The position numbers and the translations under genes were made by a program. The notes beneath the pieces were generated by a model. The model was not told where the DNA came from and searched no databases. It saw nothing but the letters and a program-made list of their open reading frames with translations. From the IMG/VR virus record IMGVR_UViG_3300046103_002666, positions 1 to 26,615 of that record: DNA of 26,615 nucleotides. One strand, 5' to 3'. Source of the stretch: a virus (Duplodnaviria > Caudoviricetes). Below, in pieces: positions 1 to 8,171 of this stretch (positions within the stretch are counted from its first letter, which is position 1; each line of letters begins with the position of its first letter).

Positions 1-32
1 CCGGTAATTTTTGCACACATTCCCTCGCTCCG

Positions 33-1463
33 TTGAGCGACGACCCAGAAAATTTTTTTGGAAAAATTTTGGCAAACGAAAAAGTCCAAGCCAAGCTCGC
101 CCAGTGGCGCGACGATCCTGTGGCCTGGGTCCGGGAGGTCCTCGGAGCCGAGCCTGAGGCTTGGCAAGAAGATGCCTTGCGCGCCGTGGTCAACTCCGAC
201 CGCACGTCGGTCAAGTCCGGCCATGGCGTTGGGAAATCGACGATGCTCGCCTGGACAATACTGTGGTGGCTGACAACCCGTTCCGACGGGGTCAAGGTCG
301 CCGTCACGGCCAATACGGCTCACCAATTATCAGATGTACTGTGGAGCGAAATTGGCCGCTGGCGCGACGCGATGAAAGTCGGGAAGGGCGACATCGAAGT
401 TAAGTCCGACAAGGTTCTCCTACGCGGAAAGCCGGACAGCTTCGCGGTCGCCCGCGTCTCCCGTCGGGAGCAGCCAGAGGCCCTCCAGGGCTTTCACGCC
501 AAGCACATGCTCTTCGTGGTCGACGAGGCTTCCGGCGTCCCGGACAATGTCTTCGTAGCGGCCCAGGGCGCCATGTCGACCGCCGGCGCCAAGATCATCA
601 TGACCGGCAACCCGACCCGGTCGACTGGGTATTTCTACGACGCCTTCCACGGCGCAAACGCCGCGCGATGGCACAAGATGACGGTGAGCTGCGCGGACAG
701 CACCCGGGTGAGCCCGACGTTCATATCGGACATGGTCCGCCAATATGGCGAGAATTCAAACACCGTCCGGGTGCGTTGCCTGGGAGAATTCCCGGAGGGC
801 GACGACGACACGGTCGTGCCGCGCCATCTGGCTGAGGCTGCCACGCGACGCGACGTCGAGCCGTCTGAGACTTCCCCGATAGTCTGGGGACTGGATCCGG
901 CTCGGTTCGGTGCCGACCGCACCGCCTTAGCCAAGCGCCAGGGTAACGCGGTCACCGAGATAAGAAGTTGGTCCGGCCTTGACCTGATGGAGACGGCGGG
1001 ACGCGTCAAGGCCGAGTATGACGACATGCGCTGGGACGCACGCCCCGCGGAGATACTGATAGATTCCATTGGGCTGGGCAGCGGCATCCTGGACCGGCTG
1101 CTGGAACTGGACCTGCCGGCCCGCGGCATTAACGTCGCTGAGTCCAGCGCCATGGGCGAGCGGTTTGTCCGCCTACGCGACGAGCTCTGGTGGAGCGCGC
1201 GCGAGTGGCTAGAGGAACGAAACTGCGTCCTACCGGACGACGATATCTTGGTCAACGAACTGTGTCTGCCGCGGTATTCCTACACCAGCGCCGGCAAGAT
1301 CAAGGTCGAGAGCAAGGACGAGTCAAAGAAGCGCTACGGGAATAAAAGTCCTGATCTGGCAGACGCGGTGGTGTTGACATTCGGGTCATCCCAGACCGCG
1401 ATCACCGGCAAGGGCTACAAGTGGTCCAAGCCGATCGAATATACAGCCACGGGGATAGTATAG
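33..1463 (+). CDS. terL: Phage terminase large subunit
   Basis: Walker A SGHGVGKS, Walker B LFVVDEA, coupling motif TGNP, RNase H-like nuclease motifs WGLDPARFGAD and PDLADA. The TTG start is uncertain. Confidence 0.96.
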   Translation: MSDDPENFFGKILANEKVQAKLAQWRDDPVAWVREVLGAEPEAWQEDALRAVVNSDRTSVKSGHGVGKSTMLAWTILWWLTTRSDGVKVAVTANTAHQLSDVLWSEIGRWRDAMKVGKGDIEVKSDKVLLRGKPDSFAVARVSRREQPEALQGFHAKHMLFVVDEASGVPDNVFVAAQGAMSTAGAKIIMTGNPTRSTGYFYDAFHGANAARWHKMTVSCADSTRVSPTFISDMVRQYGENSNTVRVRCLGEFPEGDDDTVVPRHLAEAATRRDVEPSETSPIVWGLDPARFGADRTALAKRQGNAVTEIRSWSGLDLMETAGRVKAEYDDMRWDARPAEILIDSIGLGSGILDRLLELDLPARGINVAESSAMGERFVRLRDELWWSAREWLEERNCVLPDDDILVNELCLPRYSYTSAGKIKVESKDESKKRYGNKSPDLADAVVLTFGSSQTAITGKGYKWSKPIEYTATGIV

Positions 1464-4400
1464 ATGGCCTACGCGGACGAGTACGGCAGAGCGACGGGAC
1501 TGTTGGGGCGACCGGCCCCAGGCCGCGCGCGACGCCGGAGCCGCGTGGCGGGGTTGCTTGCAGATGGGTTTGTCGGCCGACCTGAAGCGGGAACCGTCGA
1601 TGAGATGGGCGGGGGCGTCGCCCCAGGACTGTCAGCAACGCGGGGTGCCGAGGGCATTTCACCAATGGACCCAAGTCAGGCGCGTGGACCCAATCTCCCC
1701 AGAATGCTAGCGGTGGGCGGGTTGATGACTGTGCCGGGCGCCGGCACGATGGACGCGGGTGGCGTGTATCCTGACCCAATAAACGAGGGCAAATATCTGC
1801 CGTCTATGCGAGCAAACTTGAACAAGGGAAAATATTTGGACGCGAGCCTTCAGGCACTGGGCCAAGCGGGTGATGCGGCCTCTGGTTTCGGCCTCCCCGG
1901 GGCCTTGGCTGGCGCGGTCCTCGGAGGTCCTAGAGCGATCCAACAGGCGCTGCGCGCTGCCCGTGGGCTTTCGCCCGTCCCTACGTTTAAGGCTGCTGAC
2001 GGTGCGCCCCGAGCGGTGCAGTCACCCCCTGATGCATCCATTCCGGCATCCAGTCGTGGGGTCTTGAGATCGGACAACGAACCATTCAAATCAGTCAAAA
2101 GCGACGCCGAGGACCAAATTTCCGGCGATAATCTTTTGCGGAACCCCGATGGGACAACCGCCAGCACGCGATTGCAGAAAGCGAAGGCCAGTGACCTCCG
2201 CTGGAAAGAACAACACCCAGGCCAGGATCCTTGGGTAGAATTTACACCGGAGAACGCGGAGAATATTTCCGACGTTATGGTCACCGAGGCGTTGCAAGCG
2301 GCGAATCAGGGAGAAAACGCAGCGCAGTGGTATAGCTCCACCCTCGATGGCGCAAACCGCGTGGTCGCTAAGATGTTCCCCGAAATACTTGGCGATCCAA
2401 TCTCGCGCTCGAACTTCGGCGTGATACAGGCTATCACCAGCAATGGGAAAACCGTCGAGACCAACGCGCGTATGACGCACAAATTATATTCCGAATTTAA
2501 GCAAACCGGGCGGTTCCCAGAGTCTGTGCCGGAGGGCGGCGTCGAAGGCCGGCAGATGGAACAGGCATTCCGGCAGATGAACCAGCTGGTCGATCGTCTT
2601 GGCGGCGGCGAGGTGGGTTCCGAGAAAGCCATGCAGTTGCTCAACACCGAGTTCACGGTGGCGGAGCTCAACAAATTGATGGGGCCTTATGGGTTCCAGG
2701 TATCCGGTGAGAAGACTAATGCATTGGTAATGGGGTCTGCTATTTTTGGCCCCAAAATTGGCGCGGGATTTTATCAGAACCTGATGGGGAATTTCAATCC
2801 GCTGACAGCCGATCGTTGGTGGATGCAGACCTGGGGGCGGATCACTGGTGCGTCTCATCTGCCGATGGATGGACCTCAGAGAGCAAAACAGGGCGCGGCT
2901 CTGCTGGCTGCGCTCCGCGCTAGCAAGGACAAGAAGCCGGGCGGGTATACGCTGAAACAGCTTGAAAAAGACCCGGATAAATTGTTGGCGGTGGCTAGGA
3001 CGTTCAACCGGCGATATGCGAATGGCGGTTATGAAGATAAATCGCCTGTTCACTTGGCGTCGAAGGGGTTGGCTGAAGGGCAGGACCGCGTCGCGGAGGC
3101 GCCGACAGGCGGAGCACACCGGGCATTCATGCGTGAGGCGGTCGATAAGACGCTGACTAAATTGCAAGCCGCCGGCCTTGATATTTCGCGGGCGGATCTC
3201 CAGGCGTTGCTGTGGTTTCCCGAGAAAGACATCTCTCGGGCTCACGGCATCGGGAATAAGGGCGCGGCCCCGAACGATTACAAAAAAGTCTTTTCGCAGA
3301 TAGCTAGAGAGCAGGGCGTTTCAGAGGCGGCAATTAAGGAGGCCGTTGGCGGCAAAGCTCTTGCGGCCAAGGTTTCCCCGCTCCCCGATCGAAGCGCGAC
3401 GATGGGGCTTCTGTCCCCTCCAGTGAGGGTCAGTGAAACGATAGAGGCGGTTCCGAGCACGAGGGCGCGCGGTGGTGGATCTCCTGACCTTGAGGGGATG
3501 CATTTGGCGCCGGATTCCGTTAGAGCGAACTTCAGCGAAGAAGTAAGCGCCGCGCTGCGACCTAGTGGCAGCGATGTCATGCTGGAGAGCCAAGGCATAC
3601 CGAACACAGCGAGCATGGGGCAGGGAGCGTGGATTGGTCATGGCGGCGGAATAGAAAACAACCCGTTAATGGTCGCTTCGCACAACCAGGATCTTAACGC
3701 CTCGGGGAAGATCCCCGGTAGCGCCGTGAAGGCTCATCGGGCTAGTGCCGCGTTGAAAGGTTGGGGATTAGTCCAAGACGGATCTCCCTGGCATGGCATT
3801 ATGGCGGATCCAATAGGGACATCTCGTCGTTATCCAAAAGACCCCGGGGTGACATCCGGAGAAATTAACGCGGGCGTTAGAGCCAACCCTAATCTGGATG
3901 CATACCCTCTCGTGGACACTGACGAGGGTGTGAATTTGCTGGATCTGGACTTCGGAGACGGGATAACGCCCGGTCAATACAACGCCATTGAAGGCGCCAT
4001 AAACCCCACCTTGACCGGCGTTCCTTCCAGAAACATGACGCCCCCGAACAAGGGCTACATCGACATGTCTGATGCGATCCAATCCCCACAGGGGTCTGGA
4101 GATATGACGCGGGAGATGTTCAAGGATGTTGATAAACTCTCGCCGGCGGCGCGGAAGAGGTTGGAGTCGCCAGAGGTAAGAGCGGCGATGCGGGGCGTGA
4201 TGGACGCTCGGGAGCGGGCCGGCCAGTTACCGGACATCGGAGCGCCGAGCGCGGATGTTCAAAATGGGATACGGATTTTTGTAGAAGAAGGATTCGAGGG
4301 TCTTAGGAAAGCGCTAGGTAATAAAGGCTTCATTCAAGGTGTCGCAGCATTGGGCCTAACGGGGCTTCTCGCCAAACAAATGCAGGAGAGGGGCGGTCTC

Positions 4401-4505
4401 CTCGCCCCTGTCCCGTCATCGCCCGCCGAGAAAGAATTATATGTAACAGTTCGGCCTGAAGGCGAATCCAGGCAAAAAGAAGATATCAGAATGCGCGCCA
4501 GATAA
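1464..4505 (+). CDS. Large (1013 aa) accessory/polyvalent-type protein with a probable HhH DNA-glycosylase-fold (DUF7178-like) central domain; possibly virion-packaged
   Basis: Long ORF abutting the terL stop. Central motifs QWY, AITSNG..N, GPKIGAGFYQNL, LTADRWW and DLQALLW are flanked by low-complexity Gly/Ala/Pro regions with repeated GLL. The CDS is secure; the domain call is inference. Confidence 0.7.
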   Translation: MAYADEYGRATGLLGRPAPGRARRRSRVAGLLADGFVGRPEAGTVDEMGGGVAPGLSATRGAEGISPMDPSQARGPNLPRMLAVGGLMTVPGAGTMDAGGVYPDPINEGKYLPSMRANLNKGKYLDASLQALGQAGDAASGFGLPGALAGAVLGGPRAIQQALRAARGLSPVPTFKAADGAPRAVQSPPDASIPASSRGVLRSDNEPFKSVKSDAEDQISGDNLLRNPDGTTASTRLQKAKASDLRWKEQHPGQDPWVEFTPENAENISDVMVTEALQAANQGENAAQWYSSTLDGANRVVAKMFPEILGDPISRSNFGVIQAITSNGKTVETNARMTHKLYSEFKQTGRFPESVPEGGVEGRQMEQAFRQMNQLVDRLGGGEVGSEKAMQLLNTEFTVAELNKLMGPYGFQVSGEKTNALVMGSAIFGPKIGAGFYQNLMGNFNPLTADRWWMQTWGRITGASHLPMDGPQRAKQGAALLAALRASKDKKPGGYTLKQLEKDPDKLLAVARTFNRRYANGGYEDKSPVHLASKGLAEGQDRVAEAPTGGAHRAFMREAVDKTLTKLQAAGLDISRADLQALLWFPEKDISRAHGIGNKGAAPNDYKKVFSQIAREQGVSEAAIKEAVGGKALAAKVSPLPDRSATMGLLSPPVRVSETIEAVPSTRARGGGSPDLEGMHLAPDSVRANFSEEVSAALRPSGSDVMLESQGIPNTASMGQGAWIGHGGGIENNPLMVASHNQDLNASGKIPGSAVKAHRASAALKGWGLVQDGSPWHGIMADPIGTSRRYPKDPGVTSGEINAGVRANPNLDAYPLVDTDEGVNLLDLDFGDGITPGQYNAIEGAINPTLTGVPSRNMTPPNKGYIDMSDAIQSPQGSGDMTREMFKDVDKLSPAARKRLESPEVRAAMRGVMDARERAGQLPDIGAPSADVQNGIRIFVEEGFEGLRKALGNKGFIQGVAALGLTGLLAKQMQERGGLLAPVPSSPAEKELYVTVRPEGESRQKEDIRMRAR

Positions 4506-4525
4506 TGATCGACGCTCCCGCGGTT

Positions 4526-4810
4526 TTAGCGTTTCTTCCCGCCGTACATCCCCTTGATGTTCTGCCGGAGAAGGGCCTCGTTGCTGGCCTTGAGGATGTG
4601 ATGGGGCGGAGGTTGCCAGCATGTGGCCCTCATCGACACCCCACAGTCTTCCCCGGTTTTGGGATGCCTGAACCGGATTGTCGCGAAGACGTTCTCGCCG
4701 GTTTCGCCGGTGGACAGTGTCTTGGTCTCAATCCTAAGGTCGGTGACCTCGGCGAAGAACACACCAAGATCGACCTCGATGGTTCCGTTGTCGTTGATTA
4801 TGTCTGCCAT
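4526..4810 (-). CDS. Small (94 aa) hypothetical protein, antisense to the late operon (moron-like)
   Basis: Strong SD (AGGAAATAGGAGAGCATC-ATG on the - strand), a dedicated promoter upstream, and a globular-looking sequence. Confidence 0.75.
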   Translation of the reverse strand: MADIINDNGTIEVDLGVFFAEVTDLRIETKTLSTGETGENVFATIRFRHPKTGEDCGVSMRATCWQPPPHHILKASNEALLRQNIKGMYGGKKR

Positions 4811-4859
4811 GATGCTCTCCTATTTCCTGCTTCTTTGACCGTCGTCGGTCAGGCCCAAG

Positions 4860-4888
4860 ATAATATCAATGAGGCTTAGAAATGTCGA
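4860..4888 (-). promoter_or_regulatory. Sigma70-type promoter for the 94-aa antisense gene
   Basis: The - strand reads TCGACA (4888-4883), a 17 nt spacer, then TATTAT (4865-4860): 5/6 and 5/6 matches to TTGACA/TATAAT, about 50 nt upstream of the ATG. Confidence 0.7.
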
Positions 4889-5037
4889 ACGCTAAAACCT
4901 ACTACACTCGGCGCGCTATCGGCCCGAAACCGATGAGCATTTGCGGCCGGTGTGAAAAGCCTCGGCGGTGTGACCGCCATCAAAAATGTATGGCGGCGCC
5001 GATCGTGAAGCGCTCCAAAACGAAAGTGAGCGACTGA
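4882..5037 (+). CDS. 51-aa basic Cys-rich protein (C-x2-C-x5-C-x5-C), not in the ORF track
   Basis: Hand translation MSNAKTYYTRRAIGPKPMSICGRCEKPRRCDRHQKCMAAPIVKRSKTKVSD. GAGG at 4871-4874; its stop overlaps the next ATG (TGATG). Confidence 0.7.
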   Translation: MSNAKTYYTRRAIGPKPMSICGRCEKPRRCDRHQKCMAAPIVKRSKTKVSD

Positions 5038-5729
5038 TGGCAACGGATCTCGGTTTTACCCTCGGCGGGATAGATTTCATTCCGGCGCCAGCCAACGTCG
5101 ACCCCAACGAGAACATCATTCGTCCGGAGCTCCAGGACGGCCCGCTGGCGATAGACGAACTGATGAACATTCTGAAATTGTTTGCCGGCGGGAATGTGGG
5201 CGCCGGGGTTCAGAATTTATCCGGGAACCTGGATCCGAACACCACCGCGTCGCAGGTTCAGATCAGCCCCGTCATCCCGTCTGGAGTGTTTACTCCCGCT
5301 GGGGACAACGCTAACCCCGATACGAATACCCAGGCGCCACAGGCGGCGCCAGGGAAATTCAACTTGAGCCACATGTTCGAAATTCAGAGCGCCCTGGACC
5401 AGATGAACCCCGGCATGATCGATCGCATGAACGCGGGACAGATTTTCAAGAGCGCCGGCCTGGACGCGAACGGACGCCCGACGATGGATTTCAAAAAAGG
5501 CAACGCCATGAGCGCAGAGTTCATGGGACCTTCCGGCGGTCTGCTGACGACCCTCGACCACCCCCAGACGGGTAACAGGTGGACCGTTGACCAGATGGTA
5601 CGCCAAGCGGCAGCTAACATCGGCAACCTCGACTTTTCCGGGGGAGATAGCGGCGGCGACTCTGGCGCGCAGGGCGGGGGCTCAGGCGGCGGCGGTGGCG
5701 GTGAGAATGACACGGGGGACGCTTGGTGA
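5037..5729 (+). CDS. Hypothetical protein (230 aa) with Gly-rich C-terminus
   Basis: Start reassigned to ATG 5037 because of the TGATG overlap with the upstream gene. Its stop overlaps the portal ATG (TGATG). Confidence 0.7.
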   Translation: MATDLGFTLGGIDFIPAPANVDPNENIIRPELQDGPLAIDELMNILKLFAGGNVGAGVQNLSGNLDPNTTASQVQISPVIPSGVFTPAGDNANPDTNTQAPQAAPGKFNLSHMFEIQSALDQMNPGMIDRMNAGQIFKSAGLDANGRPTMDFKKGNAMSAEFMGPSGGLLTTLDHPQTGNRWTVDQMVRQAAANIGNLDFSGGDSGGDSGAQGGGSGGGGGGENDTGDAW

Positions 5730-7828
5730 TGATCGACGACGACGAGCTTTCGTCCATAGTTCAGCGCGAGGCGGAGCAAGCGCTGAACTACAGCGACGCG
5801 ACGTACAGCGACGAACGAATCAAGGCGCTGGAATATTACCACGGCGAGAAATTCGGCAACGAGGAGGTCGGCCGATCCCAGGTGGTCAGCCGGGACGTCG
5901 CCGACGTAATTGATCACATGATGCCTCAGTTGATGAGGATATTCGCGTCATCCGATTACGTTCGTTTCGCGCCACGCGGTCCCGAGGATGTCGGCGCCGC
6001 TGATCAAGCCAGCGACCTAGCGAACTACATTCTCGACACCGAGAACCACGGCTTCACATTGATGCACAACTGGTTCAAGGACGCGCTCCTGAACAAGGCC
6101 GGCGTCATCAAGGTTTACTGGGACGAGCGGGAGAGGGTCGAGGAGCGGACCTTCGAGGGGCTGACCGATCAGGAACTCCAGGCGCTCCTGGCCGACGACA
6201 CCGTCGACATAATCAGCCAGGATATCCGAGTAATTCAAGAGGCTGAAATCGAGCCCATGACCGAAAAGGTTGTGGCCGAGGCGGTCAACGAATTTGACGT
6301 GACCATCAAGCGCCGCATTTCCGATGGGCGAGTAAAGCTGGATCTGATCCCGCCGGAGGAATTCCTGATCGACACCCGGGCCAAAAGCCTGGAAGACGCG
6401 CGTTTTGTCGCGCATCGCACCCTGGTCACCGTCAGCGACTTGGTCGCGATGGGATACGATCGCGACGAGGTCGAGGAGCATGCGGGCGGCGCGGACGAGC
6501 GACACGCTCAAGAGCGGCAGGGCCGCTTCCAGGACCTCGATGGAGGCCTTGAGAATGACGCGGCGGATGACACCCTCGCCGAGGTTGTCTACACCGAGGC
6601 GTTCCTACAGGTCGACGCGGACGAGGACGGCATCGCCGAAACCATGCGGGTCTGCACTATCGGCGAGGATTACCACGTCGTCCGGTCGGAGTATTCCGAC
6701 GCGGCGCCGTTTGCTCTGCTGTCGCCAGTCCTGATGCCGCACCGCGCGGTGGGCCAGAGCATCGCCGAGAAATTGTTCGACATCCAGCTAACGAAGAGCG
6801 CGCTGCTCAGGAGCACGCTCGATAATGTGTACCTGACAAACAACTCCCGCGTCCTCGCACTGGAGGGGGCCACCAACCTCGATGACCTGATGACCAATCG
6901 CCCTGGCGGTATCGTCCGGGTGCGTCAGATGGGCGCCGTGCAGCCGCTCACCGTGCCCCAGGTTGGGCGCGACGCGATGGCGGCGATCCAGTACATGGAT
7001 CAGGTCAAGGAAGAGCGCACCGGCATCTCGAAGGCCAGCATGGGCCTGGATCCAGATGCGCTGCAAAGCGCGACCGCCACGGCTGTCGCGGCGACGGTCA
7101 GCGCCGGCCAGAGCCAAATCGAGATGATCGCGCGCGTGTTCGCGGAAACGGGGATCAAAGACCTGTTCCGACTGATCCTGCGATTGATCACGCAATACCA
7201 GGACGAGCCGAAGCTGATCCGGCTGCGCAACGAATTCGTGCCGATCGACCCACGCGGCTGGGACGCCGAGATGGACGTGACAATCAACGTCGGTCTCGGC
7301 ACTGGTCAGGCGCAAGAGAAGATGCAGTTTCTGGCCCAGATCGCCGGCAAGCAGGAGCAGCTGCTCCAGACCATGGGACAGAACAATCCCATGGTGACGC
7401 TGCCGCAATATGCCGCGACGCTGGAGAAAATGATCGAGGCGGCCGGGTTCAAAGACACCGAGACGTTTGTCAATCGACCGTCTCAGGTAACGCAAATCGC
7501 TCAACAAATGGCTCAACAGGCCGCTCAGAACAAGCAGCAGCCGCAACTCGACCCGGTCGCTCAGGCGGAACTCCAGATGAAGCAGATGGAGGCCCAGGCA
7601 CGGATCGAGGACAGCCGGGCAAGGCTGGAGATGGAGCGGGAGAAAATTACGGCCGAGATGGAATTGGCGCGCGCCAAGATGGAGGCGGAGATCCAGTTGA
7701 ACCGCGAGAAGGCTCTCGCACAGATTGATCTCAGGCGAGCCGAGCTCGCCGAGGAAGCGCAGCTTGAGGCCATCAAAATGAGTGCTAATCTTCCTGGGGG
7801 CCAGGGCAACATCAACATGAACAATTAA
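5729..7828 (+). CDS. Portal protein (P22-like) with C-terminal coiled-coil barrel
   Basis: Recognisable motifs YYHGE..GNE..GRSQVVS.DV, WFKDALL.K.G, PPEEFLID, RTGIS....GLDPDAL and MIARVFAETG, with a Q/E-rich helical tail. Lies upstream of scaffold and capsid. Start set at the coupled ATG 5729. Confidence 0.93.
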   Translation: MIDDDELSSIVQREAEQALNYSDATYSDERIKALEYYHGEKFGNEEVGRSQVVSRDVADVIDHMMPQLMRIFASSDYVRFAPRGPEDVGAADQASDLANYILDTENHGFTLMHNWFKDALLNKAGVIKVYWDERERVEERTFEGLTDQELQALLADDTVDIISQDIRVIQEAEIEPMTEKVVAEAVNEFDVTIKRRISDGRVKLDLIPPEEFLIDTRAKSLEDARFVAHRTLVTVSDLVAMGYDRDEVEEHAGGADERHAQERQGRFQDLDGGLENDAADDTLAEVVYTEAFLQVDADEDGIAETMRVCTIGEDYHVVRSEYSDAAPFALLSPVLMPHRAVGQSIAEKLFDIQLTKSALLRSTLDNVYLTNNSRVLALEGATNLDDLMTNRPGGIVRVRQMGAVQPLTVPQVGRDAMAAIQYMDQVKEERTGISKASMGLDPDALQSATATAVAATVSAGQSQIEMIARVFAETGIKDLFRLILRLITQYQDEPKLIRLRNEFVPIDPRGWDAEMDVTINVGLGTGQAQEKMQFLAQIAGKQEQLLQTMGQNNPMVTLPQYAATLEKMIEAAGFKDTETFVNRPSQVTQIAQQMAQQAAQNKQQPQLDPVAQAELQMKQMEAQARIEDSRARLEMEREKITAEMELARAKMEAEIQLNREKALAQIDLRRAELAEEAQLEAIKMSANLPGGQGNINMNN

Positions 7829-7830
7829 CC

Positions 7831-8097
7831 ATGACCCTTGACGAAGAACTGGACCGCGGAGCAAAAGCCGAGCGCTTGATGCGCGACCCTATGTTGATCG
7901 AGGCATTTATCCAGCTAGACGAGTACTACACCGAGGCGTGGAAAGACTCCCCCCTGGATGGGAAGAAAGACCGCGAGACTATATTTCTATACCTTTCAGC
8001 GCTGCGCGAGGTTCGCGCGCACCTGACCCAGATCGCCAAGACCGGCGAGCTTGCGGCTAGTCAACGCGATGCGATGACAAGAACCGCGATTTCTTAG
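7831..8097 (+). CDS. Conserved small phage protein between portal and scaffold
   Basis: 88-aa helical ORF (RG.KAE.LM.DP...EAF) in the usual post-portal position. Confidence 0.75.
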   Translation: MTLDEELDRGAKAERLMRDPMLIEAFIQLDEYYTEAWKDSPLDGKKDRETIFLYLSALREVRAHLTQIAKTGELAASQRDAMTRTAIS

Positions 8098-8171
8098 GCC
8101 ACGCCCCCTGGCAGCCTGAGCCCATAATGGAGACTATACATGGCTGAAGCCACGCCCGATGAGGGCAGCTT
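8096..8171 (+). promoter_or_regulatory. Pair of structurally identical RNA hairpins flanking the scaffold RBS/start codon
   Basis: 8096-8117 is AGGC-CAC-GCC-ccct-GGC-A-GCCT and 8147-8171 is AAGC-CAC-GCCC-gatga-GGGC-A-GCTT. The outer stem shows a compensatory change. Confidence 0.55.

Noticed and set aside
4505-4879. 124-aa plus-strand ORF that fits neatly between the 1013-aa stop (TAATG overlap) and the next gene
   Set aside because: It is in exact codon register with the minus-strand 94-aa gene, reads like an antisense shadow, and lacks a clear SD, whereas the minus gene has an SD and a promoter. Dual coding is not fully excluded.
6788-7864. 358-aa minus-strand ORF (and similar ones at 635-1255, 2484-3245, 8284-8982, 17825-18439)
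   Set aside because: Antisense shadows of well-supported genes, expected in GC-rich DNA; no SD or recognisable motifs.
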